Assembly (NCBI GenBank): GCA_003331645.1
Contig: QOPI01000002.1
Location: forward strand, 10,512-74,511
Direction of reading: 5' to 3'
DNA length: 64,000 nucleotides
Origin: SAR86 cluster bacterium
Lineage (GTDB): Bacteria > Pseudomonadota > Gammaproteobacteria > Magnimaribacterales > D2472
In this document: piece by piece, positions 33,197 to 41,926 of the stretch
Numbering within the stretch: the first letter of the stretch is position 1
Layout of the letters: every line of letters begins with the position of its first letter
The notes under the pieces: generated by a model
What the model was told of the DNA's origin: nothing
Database searches by the model: none
What the model saw: the letters and a program-made list of their open reading frames with translations, nothing else
Program-made: the position numbers and the translations under genes

Positions 33197-33933
33197 TGGC
33201 AGGTCATTCTAAATGGGCTAACATTAAACACAGAAAAGCAAGGCAAGATGCTTCAAGAGGTAAAGTTTGGACTAAGGTTATAAGAGAGATAACAGTTGCC
33301 GCTAAAGGTGGTCCAGATCCAGCGGACAATCCTAGATTAAGACTAGCATTAGATAAAGCAAATGCTGCGAATATGCCCAAAGATACAATAAAACGGGCTA
33401 TTCAAAAAGGTTCTGGCACTGGAGAAATGGGAGAAATAGAAGAAATAACCTTTGAGGGTTACGGTCCTAATGGCGTAGCAATATTAGTTGAAACAATGAC
33501 AGATAATCGCAATAGAACAGTGGCAGATGTTAGGCATGCTTTTTCAAAATTTGGAGGTAATTTAGGTACAGATGGTTCTGTTGCTTATTTATTTAATAAG
33601 CTAGGAGTAATACAAATCGCAAAATCTTATAATGAAGATGATGTTATGGAGGTAGTTCTTGATGCTGGAGCTGATGATATGTCATCCAATGAAACAGGTT
33701 TTGAAGTAATAACCTCACCAACAAACTTAAGTGGTGTTTTAGAGGCTTTAAAAAATAAGAATATTGATACTATAGATGCTGAAACTACAATGAGAGCAGA
33801 TGTTTTAGTAGATCTTGACGCTGAAGGTTCAGAAAAGGTTTTAAAAATTATGAATTTTCTTGATGATTTAGATGATGTTCAAGAGGTTCATACGAATGGA
33901 GAGTTTTCAGATGATTTTGAGATTGGGGAATAG
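33196..33933 (+). CDS. yebC: YebC/PmpR-family transcriptional regulator or translation factor
   Basis: 245 aa. N-terminus [18 protein letters not shown]. 1-nt overlap with aspS. Confidence 0.94.
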   Translation: MAGHSKWANIKHRKARQDASRGKVWTKVIREITVAAKGGPDPADNPRLRLALDKANAANMPKDTIKRAIQKGSGTGEMGEIEEITFEGYGPNGVAILVETMTDNRNRTVADVRHAFSKFGGNLGTDGSVAYLFNKLGVIQIAKSYNEDDVMEVVLDAGADDMSSNETGFEVITSPTNLSGVLEALKNKNIDTIDAETTMRADVLVDLDAEGSEKVLKIMNFLDDLDDVQEVHTNGEFSDDFEIGE

Positions 33934-33935
33934 CT

Positions 33936-34364
33936 TTGCCAGTTAATTCAAGAGCTAAAGGCGCTAATTTTGAAAGAGAAATTGGAAATTTATTAGTTAA
34001 AGATCTTAATTTAATTAATCCTGTTAAAAGAATCCTTGAACAAACTAGAACAAAAGAATTGCCAGATTTAAGACTGGGAAGATGGTGTATTGAATGTAAG
34101 AGATATGGTGATGGTGGAGAGCCGCCTAAAGAATGGTGGGATCAAGTTCTAAGATCTTGCTCACAAGAGGATTCACTAATTCCCGCGCTAGTCTACAAAT
34201 TTAACAGAAGACCAATAAAAGTAAGAATACTTGCTTCATCTATTAATTCAGAAATTAAAGATAATTTAATAACTATTGATTTATTATGGGAAGATTTTGT
34301 AAAGATCATTTTAGAGTTATTTCAAACAGATATTCAACTTCATGAAGAAAGATTTCAAGTGTAA
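33936..34364 (+). CDS. Putative PD-(D/E)XK nuclease, Hjc-like Holliday-junction-resolvase candidate
   Basis: 142 aa. TTG start 2 nt after the yebC stop, preceded by GGGGAA. Motif series KGANFE13RE15 ... PD44L ... IE53CK55. Occupies the ruvC slot between yebC and ybgC. No internal Met codon. Confidence 0.55.
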   Translation: MPVNSRAKGANFEREIGNLLVKDLNLINPVKRILEQTRTKELPDLRLGRWCIECKRYGDGGEPPKEWWDQVLRSCSQEDSLIPALVYKFNRRPIKVRILASSINSEIKDNLITIDLLWEDFVKIILELFQTDIQLHEERFQV

Positions 34365-34755
34365 CGATTTTCCAATAATTATTTTTTGCGAAGATACTGA
34401 TTTCCAAGGAATTGTTTATCATGCAAATTATTTAAAATATTTCGAAAGAGCAAGAACACAATTTCTTATTGATCAAGGAATATCTCAATATCAACTTGAG
34501 AAATTAAATAGTGCCTTTGTAATTAGAGACATAAACTTGAGATATATTACCCCAGCTAGGCTCGAAGAAAATCTTATTGTTAAAACCTCGGTAACCTTTA
34601 TTTCAAAAGCTAGACTGCTTTTTTTCCAACATATTATTAACGTAAAAAATGATACTATTATATGTCGAGGAGAGGTTGAGGTATGTTTCTTAGATTTAGA
34701 TAAAAGTAAACCTAAGCCATTTCCTGAGAAATTATTAACAATTTTTAACGGTTAA
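34342..34755 (+). CDS. ybgC: Tol-Pal-associated acyl-CoA thioesterase
   Basis: 137-aa 4HBT hotdog-fold protein (DTDFQGIVYHANYLKYFERAR). Lies immediately upstream of tolQ. Confidence 0.88.
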   Translation: MKKDFKCNDFPIIIFCEDTDFQGIVYHANYLKYFERARTQFLIDQGISQYQLEKLNSAFVIRDINLRYITPARLEENLIVKTSVTFISKARLLFFQHIINVKNDTIICRGEVEVCFLDLDKSKPKPFPEKLLTIFNG

Positions 34756-34760
34756 ACAAA

Positions 34761-35438
34761 ATGAATGATATATCAGCAATTAATTTATTTCTTGAAGCTG
34801 GCCTTGTGGTCAAAAGCGTGATGGTAATTTTATTATTAATTTCTATAATCTCATGGATCATCATCTTTGAAAGATATCTTTTATACAGAAAAATTAAGAA
34901 TTTAAATATAGAGTTTGAAAATAGATTTTGGTCTGGAGAAGACCTTAATATTTTATTTGAGGAAGTAAATAATGACCAATTAATTCTTACAGGTTCCTCT
35001 AGCGTATTTAGAAATGCATTTAAGGAATTTAATAGATTGAAATCCAATAATAATGTTACAGAATTAGATCTCGAAGGTATAAACAGATCAATGCGTGTGG
35101 CTATTGCAAGAGATGAAGAAGATATGTTGAAACATTTGCCTTTTCTTGCAAATGCTGGATCTGTAAGCCCTTACATAGGTTTATTTGGAACTGTCTGGGG
35201 CATTATGACTTCATTTCAAGGTTTAGCAGATGCAACGCAGGCAACTATTAATGCAGTTGCTCCAGGTATTTCAGAAGCTCTAATAGCAACAGCTATGGGT
35301 TTATTCGCAGCAATACCTGCTGTAGTTGCTTTTAATAGATTTACTTCACAATCGGATTCTATTTCTCAATCTACAACAATATTTGCCGAAGAGCTCGCCA
35401 GTATTTTTTATAGACAAGTTTTAAAAAATAAAAAATGA
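34761..35438 (+). CDS. tolQ: Tol-Pal system protein TolQ
   Basis: 225-aa MotA/TolQ/ExbB-type 3-TM protein (GLFGTVWGIM, APGISEALIATAMGL). Confidence 0.94.
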   Translation: MNDISAINLFLEAGLVVKSVMVILLLISIISWIIIFERYLLYRKIKNLNIEFENRFWSGEDLNILFEEVNNDQLILTGSSSVFRNAFKEFNRLKSNNNVTELDLEGINRSMRVAIARDEEDMLKHLPFLANAGSVSPYIGLFGTVWGIMTSFQGLADATQATINAVAPGISEALIATAMGLFAAIPAVVAFNRFTSQSDSISQSTTIFAEELASIFYRQVLKNKK

Positions 35439-35857
35439 TTTATCGCCTAGCGAAAAGAAAGAAGTTACATGCTGAAATTAATGTAGTGCCATATATTGAT
35501 GTAATGCTAGTTTTATTAATCATTTTTATGGTTCTATCACCACTATTAATTCAGGGAATAGAGGTGAATTTACCACAAACAGATACCACTAAGATGTCAG
35601 TTCAAAATGAACCATTAGTAATATCTATTGACTCTAATGGCAATTATTATCTTAATTTGGGCGAAGAGACTCTTCCAATTCCTTTGGATGAACTTAAACG
35701 TAAAGCTAAGGTTATATATCAAGCAAATTCTGAGATAGAGGTTGTTTTTCAAAGCGATGAATCTGTAAGTTTTAATAGTGTTGCAAAAGCAATGGCAGCT
35801 GTTCAAAGTGTTGGGATTTCAAAAATAGGAATAGTTACCACCGGTTATGCAGACTAG
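35435..35857 (+). CDS. tolR: Tol-Pal system protein TolR
   Basis: 140-aa ExbD/TolR-type protein (EINVVPYIDVMLVLLIIFMV). 4-nt overlap with tolQ. Confidence 0.92.
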   Translation: MIYRLAKRKKLHAEINVVPYIDVMLVLLIIFMVLSPLLIQGIEVNLPQTDTTKMSVQNEPLVISIDSNGNYYLNLGEETLPIPLDELKRKAKVIYQANSEIEVVFQSDESVSFNSVAKAMAAVQSVGISKIGIVTTGYAD

Positions 35858-36473
35858 ATTTGATTACCTTCAAGCGTCCTTTTTTTCATTTCTAATTCAT
35901 GCTGTCCTTTTTTTATATTTAATTGGATTTTTCTATACAGAAAAACAAATAAGACCCATCTTAAGTAAAGCGGTAAGTGTAAACATAATTGTTGATGAAA
36001 TTATTCCAAAAAAAATTGATCCTGAAGTAATAGAAATTCCCCAAGCAAAAAAGCAAGAGATAGTATCATTATCTACAGATAATAAATTAGACTTTGAGCA
36101 GCCAAGCAATCAAGGATATATTAATGACTTACAAAGTCTTATCAAACAAGAATCTGATATTTCTGACTTGAGTGAATTGGAAAAAAATATTGCCAATTAT
36201 AGTTCTCAGATGATAAAGCTTATTGAGGATGCTTGGATCAAGCCAAAGAATATTCAAGATGGTCTTAAATGTGATATTAAAATTAAAACGAATGTTCAAG
36301 GCAGAATCGTTAGTATTAATCTAATAAAAAGCAGCGGCAATATTCGTTTTGATAATTCTGCACTCCAAGCAGTCAAAAGAGTTGAAACTTTCTCATTTTT
36401 TAAAGAATTAAATAAAGATATTTATGATGATATTTTTAAAAATATTTCCATAAGTTTTAATCCATCAAAATGA
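35847..36473 (+). CDS. tolA: Tol-Pal system protein TolA (short form)
   Basis: 208 aa. N-terminal TM segment and a C-terminal TolA/TonB-C-like domain (NIRFDNSALQAVKR). Lies between tolR and tolB. The long helical domain II is very reduced. Confidence 0.8.
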   Translation: MQTRFDYLQASFFSFLIHAVLFLYLIGFFYTEKQIRPILSKAVSVNIIVDEIIPKKIDPEVIEIPQAKKQEIVSLSTDNKLDFEQPSNQGYINDLQSLIKQESDISDLSELEKNIANYSSQMIKLIEDAWIKPKNIQDGLKCDIKIKTNVQGRIVSINLIKSSGNIRFDNSALQAVKRVETFSFFKELNKDIYDDIFKNISISFNPSK

Positions 36474-37744
36474 AAAAAATTTTTATTTTCTTTCTTCTTC
36501 CTAATTTGATATTTGCAGAATTACTGCTTGAAATTACCAAAGGTTCTGAAAATCCTTATAGAGTAGCAATCATTCCATTTCAAAGTGATGTAAGTTCAGT
36601 TAATAATATTGTTAAGGTAATAAAAGATGATCTTTTACGCTCAGGCGAATTTTATATACTTGATGAATCTATGCTGTTGTCTATTCCAAGTAGTATTGAA
36701 GAAATTAAACCCTCTGAATGGAAACTTCTAAATATAGACTTTATAGTTTTAGGCAAAATATCTGATGAAGATAATTTAAGCGTAAAAGCAACTTATGAGA
36801 TTTATGATGTAAGCAGAAAAACAAAAATTAGATCTTCAACTGTTTATGGAATTCCCGGAAGATTAAGACAGCTTTCACATTATGTCAGTGATGGGATTTA
36901 TGAAAGTATTACTGGAATGAGAGGAGTATCAACAACAAAGATTCTTTATGTTAATGAAATTATTGATAATGATAATTTAAATTATATTCTCTATGTTGCT
37001 GATGCAGATGGAGCAAATGAACAGGAGTTATTGCGAAGTAATGAACCAATAATATCTCCTTCGTGGTCACCAGATTCTAAAAAAGTTGCTTATGTTTCTT
37101 TTGAAACCGGAATGGCAAAAGTTTTTATTCAAGAAATAGCATCCGGAAAAAGAGAAATGGTAATAGAGAATGATCATCAAATTAGTTCACCTGCATGGTC
37201 TCCAGATGGCAAATTCCTCTCTTTAACTTTATTTCAAGATGGAAATGCAGAAATCTATATTTTAAATCTAGCCACTAAGAATCTTACTAGGCTTACAAAA
37301 CATTATTCGATTGATACAGAATCAAGTTGGTCACCTAAAGGCACAAAAATATTATTTACTTCCGGAAGATCAGGATCACCTCAACTTTATGAAATAGATC
37401 TCACAAAATTTAATACCAAACCAAGCAGACTTACATTTGAAGGTAATTACAATGCAAAGGGATCTTATCTTTCCAATAATGATGGAATAATTTTTGTACA
37501 TAGATCAACTAACCAATTTCAAATAGCTTTAAAGTATTTTGATGAAAATTTTATAAGACCATTAACAGAATCAAAGTTAGATGAATCACCTAGTGTCTCT
37601 CCTAATGGTAATGTGATAATCTATGCAATAACTGATAATAAATCAGGAATGATTGCAGGAGTGACTTTAAGTGGAGCAACTTTCGTACTGCCAGCAACTA
37701 ATGGAAAAGTTAGAGAGCCAGCTTGGTCAGGATTTTTAAGATAA
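36470..37744 (+). CDS. tolB: Tol-Pal system beta-propeller protein TolB
   Basis: 424 aa. Signal peptide and repeated SPSWSPD/SPAWSPDG/SSWSPKG propeller motifs. Confidence 0.95.
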   Translation: MKKIFIFFLLPNLIFAELLLEITKGSENPYRVAIIPFQSDVSSVNNIVKVIKDDLLRSGEFYILDESMLLSIPSSIEEIKPSEWKLLNIDFIVLGKISDEDNLSVKATYEIYDVSRKTKIRSSTVYGIPGRLRQLSHYVSDGIYESITGMRGVSTTKILYVNEIIDNDNLNYILYVADADGANEQELLRSNEPIISPSWSPDSKKVAYVSFETGMAKVFIQEIASGKREMVIENDHQISSPAWSPDGKFLSLTLFQDGNAEIYILNLATKNLTRLTKHYSIDTESSWSPKGTKILFTSGRSGSPQLYEIDLTKFNTKPSRLTFEGNYNAKGSYLSNNDGIIFVHRSTNQFQIALKYFDENFIRPLTESKLDESPSVSPNGNVIIYAITDNKSGMIAGVTLSGATFVLPATNGKVREPAWSGFLR

Positions 37745-37763
37745 ATTAGGAGAAGAAATAATC

Positions 37764-38258
37764 ATGAAAAAAAATAAAAAATTATTAATATCGTATTCTT
37801 TAGTTGGTTTATTCATTGCATCTTGCAGCAGTGTTCAAGTTACTGAAGAGGCTGTTTATGAAGATTCTATCCAGAGCATAGAAGTTTCATCTAACAGAAG
37901 CTCTTTAGAAGTTCCTTCTTCATCCAGAGCTGTAGTAGCTAATGCAACAGTATATTTTGAGTTTGATAAATATAATCTCTCTACAAGATCTATTCAGGCT
38001 TTAAAGAGTATCTCTGATTTGATGTCTGAAAATCCTTTAATTGAAATCACTATAGCAGGTCATGCAGATGAGAGAGGAACTAGAGAATACAATCTTGCTC
38101 TTGGTCAAAGAAGAGCCGAGAGTGTTGCAGATTATCTAGTTTTAAAAGGCATATCAAGATCAAGATTAACTATTAAGAGTTATGGAGAGGAGATGCCTGC
38201 TGTCTCTGGATCAAATGAAAGATCATGGGGTAGAAATAGAAGAGCAGAAATTAATTAA
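37764..38258 (+). CDS. pal: Peptidoglycan-associated lipoprotein Pal
   Basis: 164 aa. Lipobox FIASC. OmpA-like domain GHADERGTREYNLALGQRRA. Strong AGGAGA ribosome-binding site. Confidence 0.95.
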   Translation: MKKNKKLLISYSLVGLFIASCSSVQVTEEAVYEDSIQSIEVSSNRSSLEVPSSSRAVVANATVYFEFDKYNLSTRSIQALKSISDLMSENPLIEITIAGHADERGTREYNLALGQRRAESVADYLVLKGISRSRLTIKSYGEEMPAVSGSNERSWGRNRRAEIN

Positions 38259-38266
38259 TTAAGAAA

Positions 38267-38932
38267 ATGTTTAAGTTAATTCTTAATCAGCAAGTATTTG
38301 CATATTACCTTGTATTATTTCCATTAATAATAGCTGCACAAGATCAATCCGCAGAATCTGATATCTTATTCTTAAAGATTCAAGAATTAGAAATGGAGAT
38401 GGCTGATCTTAGAAATGAAGTAGAAGCTCAAAATTATCTTATTGATAAGTTAATTAGGGAATCAGTCGAAGAAGAGAATGAAAATTCAAATCAAATAGAC
38501 AACATAGATACCAATATAGTTGATGATGTTTATAGATTCGATGGTATTAATGACTCAAAGAGTATTGAAGAAATATATGATGAAGCAATTAGGTCATTAG
38601 CAAACGAAGAATATGAATCAGCTAAAAAACTATTTTCATATTTAATAGATAATTTCTCTGATCCAGAAAAACTTCCACTATCATTATTTTGGCTCGGTGA
38701 GATTGAATTTTCTTCGTCTAACTTTGATCAGAGTAAAATTCATTATATTGAATTAATTTCCTCTTTTGAAAATCACTGGAGAGTGCCTTTAGCGCATAAA
38801 AAAATAGGAGATATTTTCTTCAAGAAAGGTGACATAAAAATGGCAAAAGAAAAATACCAATATGTAATAAGAGAATTCCCCAATAATCCAGCATCATCTA
38901 TGTCTTTGCAAAGTATAGAAGATATGGAATAA
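38267..38932 (+). CDS. cpoB: Cell division coordinator CpoB (YbgF)
   Basis: 221 aa. Signal peptide, coiled coil (LKIQELEMEMADLRNEVE), C-terminal TPR-like region. Last gene of the tol-pal cluster. Confidence 0.82.
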   Translation: MFKLILNQQVFAYYLVLFPLIIAAQDQSAESDILFLKIQELEMEMADLRNEVEAQNYLIDKLIRESVEEENENSNQIDNIDTNIVDDVYRFDGINDSKSIEEIYDEAIRSLANEEYESAKKLFSYLIDNFSDPEKLPLSLFWLGEIEFSSSNFDQSKIHYIELISSFENHWRVPLAHKKIGDIFFKKGDIKMAKEKYQYVIREFPNNPASSMSLQSIEDME

Positions 38933-38959
38933 TCACCATTTTTTATGATGTTAAAACAA

Positions 38960-39035
38960 GGGTCGCTAGCTCAGTTGGTAGAGCAGTTGGCTTTTAACCA
39001 ATTGGTCACAGGTTCGAATCCTGTGCGACCCACCA
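38960..39035 (+). tRNA. tRNA-Lys (anticodon UUU)
   Basis: 76 nt, GGGTCGCTAGCTCAGTTGGTAGAGCAGTTGGCTTTTAACCAATTGGTCACAGGTTCGAATCCTGTGCGACCCACCA. Folds by hand into a cloverleaf with anticodon loop CTTTTAA and an encoded CCA. Very close to E. coli tRNA-Lys and in the same post-cpoB position. Confidence 0.97.
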
Positions 39036-39089
39036 TTTTTAGTATCAATAATTTAAAAATTCTTCAATCAAATCATGTCTTTTATCTAA

Positions 39090-40334
39090 ATGAATAGTCT
39101 ATTTATTAAGGTTAATCAAACTTTTACTAAACAATCTTTTTTAGCAAGCGTCTTTTTCTTTTTTGTATTGTCTTCATGGTATGTTTTAAGGCCAGTAAGA
39201 AATGAAATGGCAGTATCAAATGTTGATAATCTACCTTTATTACTTGCAATAGGCGCAATAGCAATGCTGCTTGTAAATCCAATTTATTCGTGGGCAGCCT
39301 CTAAAACAAATTTAAGAAAATTACTTACATATTGCTATTTATTTTTTATATCTAATCTACTTATGTTTTTATTTGCATGGAGAGTTTTAGATTTAGAAGG
39401 AGTACTTTGGCTAGGCCGTGCTTTTTATATTTGGTGTAATATTTATTCTTTTTTTGTTGTTTCCATTTTTTGGGTAGTAATAATTAATGTATTTAGATCA
39501 TCGAAAACAAGAAACTTCTATGGAGTCATAATGGCAGGAGGTTCTATTGGAGCTTTTGTAGGCTCTGAGATTTCAAAAAGGTTTTCAACCTCATTTAATG
39601 ATTATGGGCTTGAATTTTTTAGCATATCAGCAATTATTTTGCTCTTTTTTGGATTATGTGTGGGATTATTTTTAATTAGCTCAACTAATTCAAATCAGAA
39701 TAAAGAATCTTTCAAGCCTCTCGGAGGCGCAAGTTTTGATGGCATTAAGAATGCTCTAACAAAACAAGATATAAGATCTATTGCCATATATGTTTGGTTA
39801 TTCACAGGCTTAATGACTATCCATTGGATGACTGCAATATCTATAATTGAATCATGGTCGAGCGATTCTGTTGAAAGAATTGCTTTATTTAGTCAAATGG
39901 AGCAAATGGTCACAGCTTTAACCTTACCCACTCAACTTCTCCTAACATCATTAATAATTAATTTTTTAGGAGTAAAACGAATACTTTTCTTATACGGAAT
40001 AGCATTCTTATTTATTTATATAATTTATGCAGTTTCCCCAACTATATCTATAGTAATCTTTGCAACTGTTTTTTTAAGGCTATTTGAGTATGCTATAAAC
40101 AAACCCACTAGAGAAATTGTATTTAGCCATTTAGATCAAAATGATCGTTATAAATCTTCTGTCTTTATAGATACTTTTTTTTCAAGATTGGGAGATCTGT
40201 CTGGTAGTTTATTTATTACACTTGGCCAAACTCTAAGTCTTGGTTTTTCTATAATACCAATATTAGCAATTCCAATTACAGGAGTGTTTTCTTATTTTGG
40301 TATACGAATTGCGAGGGAAAGAAAAATCTATTGA
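39090..40334 (+). CDS. MFS-type membrane transporter related to the ATP/ADP-translocase (TLC/Npt) family, substrate unknown
   Basis: 414 aa, about 11-12 TM segments. N-terminal SSWYVLRPVRNEM resembles the TLC Y..LR..KD motif. The following FYIWCNIYSF...FWVVIN...RNFYGVIMAGGSIGAFVG segment also resembles that family (from recall). Confidence 0.6.
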   Translation: MNSLFIKVNQTFTKQSFLASVFFFFVLSSWYVLRPVRNEMAVSNVDNLPLLLAIGAIAMLLVNPIYSWAASKTNLRKLLTYCYLFFISNLLMFLFAWRVLDLEGVLWLGRAFYIWCNIYSFFVVSIFWVVIINVFRSSKTRNFYGVIMAGGSIGAFVGSEISKRFSTSFNDYGLEFFSISAIILLFFGLCVGLFLISSTNSNQNKESFKPLGGASFDGIKNALTKQDIRSIAIYVWLFTGLMTIHWMTAISIIESWSSDSVERIALFSQMEQMVTALTLPTQLLLTSLIINFLGVKRILFLYGIAFLFIYIIYAVSPTISIVIFATVFLRLFEYAINKPTREIVFSHLDQNDRYKSSVFIDTFFSRLGDLSGSLFITLGQTLSLGFSIIPILAIPITGVFSYFGIRIARERKIY

Positions 40335-41755
40335 CCTCTTGTCCCTTCAATTATTTTTCTTGTTGTATTAATCTTAGTCATTATAGATTCAGAGATCTGA
40401 AAATTATTTTCAGTTAGTTTTAAAGCAAATTGAAGCTGATTCAATGCGTCTTCATATTGTCCTAATAATAAAAAATATTCTGCACGACTTCTGTGATAAC
40501 CAACTACATTTTTACTATCTCTTTGGATTTCAGAAAGATATAACCATAGATATGGATCAGTATTTCTTCGTAGGAGCTGATCTCTGATTATTTCTTCTGC
40601 TGCAAATAGCTCTTTCTTATAGGATAAGATTTTTGCCTTCAAGACAGATAATGGAAAATTCTTTGGTGATATATTTAGAGCATTATTTACAATTTTTAAT
40701 GCCTCTTCAGCATCACCTTTATCTAAAAGAATTTCTGCTTTAGTATTTTGGAGGATTAAATTTTTTGGATTTTCATTTATTAAACCATCAATCATATCAA
40801 GACTATCTTGATATTTATTTCCCCTTTTATAAGCTACAGCAAGAGCATATCTATTTTCATTAGATGGATCATCTTTTATTATGCCTTGTATTTTTCTGAT
40901 AGCATTTAATGGAATCTCCTCATACTTTATACGAAGTCTTCCTCTAATCAATTGATAATCAAGAGAGTCTTTTTTGCTATATTGAGATTCAACTTGATCA
41001 GCTGCATTAAAAGCATCAGCAACCCTTGAAGAGGAGATAGGATGAGTTAATAAAAATTCAGGGATATTATCTCCAGCCAATCTTCTCATCTTTGCCATTT
41101 GTTCAAACATTTCTCCCATACTGCTTGGATCATATTGAGCATTTATAAGATTATTAAAACCAACTCTATCTGCCTCCCTTTCAAATAAACGGCTATATCT
41201 TAGACTTTGTTGTTGGAGAAATGCAGGCCCAGCCATAAAAGCATTAGGGTTATTTGTTGCTACCGCAGCAGCCATAGCAGAAACCATAACCAATACAGAG
41301 GCTAGATTATTATCTTTAGAATAAAGTACATTCCTAGCAAAATGCCTTTGGCTTAAATGCGCTAGTTCGTGAGCTAGAACAGATGCAAATTGACCCTCAT
41401 TCTCAGCATATAAGAATAGACCTCCATTAATACCTATTACTCCGCCTGGAGCGGCAAATGCATTTAAAGAGTTATCATCTATCATTAGTATATTAAAACT
41501 TCTATCTTCAACCTGACTATATTCAGATAGCCTATATATCAATAACTCTGAATATTCTTGAATTAATGGATCGGCAATTAATGGTGCTTGACTATAAACT
41601 TGTTTAAGAAATTCATTGCCTATAATTTTTTCTTGTTCAGAAGATACAGCTCCTGAAACTCTATCTCCTAATTCTGGAAGTGATAAATCCATTGCAGGGT
41701 TAGCATCTATATGCAAAGAAATTGAAAAATAAAGGATAAAAAATAGTTTTTTCAT
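40328..41755 (-). CDS. bepA: Periplasmic M48 metalloprotease with TPR domain (BepA/YfgC-like)
   Basis: 475 aa. Signal peptide, HExxH (HELAHLSQRH), C-terminal TPR repeats. Divergent from an AI-2E permease, as with E. coli bepA/perM. Confidence 0.85.
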   Translation of the reverse strand: MKKLFFILYFSISLHIDANPAMDLSLPELGDRVSGAVSSEQEKIIGNEFLKQVYSQAPLIADPLIQEYSELLIYRLSEYSQVEDRSFNILMIDDNSLNAFAAPGGVIGINGGLFLYAENEGQFASVLAHELAHLSQRHFARNVLYSKDNNLASVLVMVSAMAAAVATNNPNAFMAGPAFLQQQSLRYSRLFEREADRVGFNNLINAQYDPSSMGEMFEQMAKMRRLAGDNIPEFLLTHPISSSRVADAFNAADQVESQYSKKDSLDYQLIRGRLRIKYEEIPLNAIRKIQGIIKDDPSNENRYALAVAYKRGNKYQDSLDMIDGLINENPKNLILQNTKAEILLDKGDAEEALKIVNNALNISPKNFPLSVLKAKILSYKKELFAAEEIIRDQLLRRNTDPYLWLYLSEIQRDSKNVVGYHRSRAEYFLLLGQYEDALNQLQFALKLTENNFQISESIMTKINTTRKIIEGTRGQ

Positions 41756-41926
41756 TTCATAAGTTTACAAAATAATAATATTCGACTAAATCACAAAACT
41801 AACACATTAATAGGATATTAGATTAATATAACCACTAATTAGCTTAGATTATATATTTATTATTAGACAAAAATATTTTTAAATGGTTTTATTTATTATG
41901 AAAAGCATTATGGAATTAAGTTATTA

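Noticed and set aside
38933-40334. Possible genomic island integrated at tRNA-Lys
   Set aside because: No integrase or recombinase, no direct repeat of the tRNA 3' end and no phage or plasmid genes are present. Only one transporter gene lies there before conserved core genes resume.
41818-41851. Recurrence of the octamer TTAGATTA (41818, 41844, and in the recA terminator stem at 26477) as a possible shared regulatory motif
   Set aside because: For an A/T-rich 8-mer in about 64 kb of DNA near 32 percent G+C, my rough estimate predicts several chance occurrences per strand. I found no consistent spacing or palindromic context.
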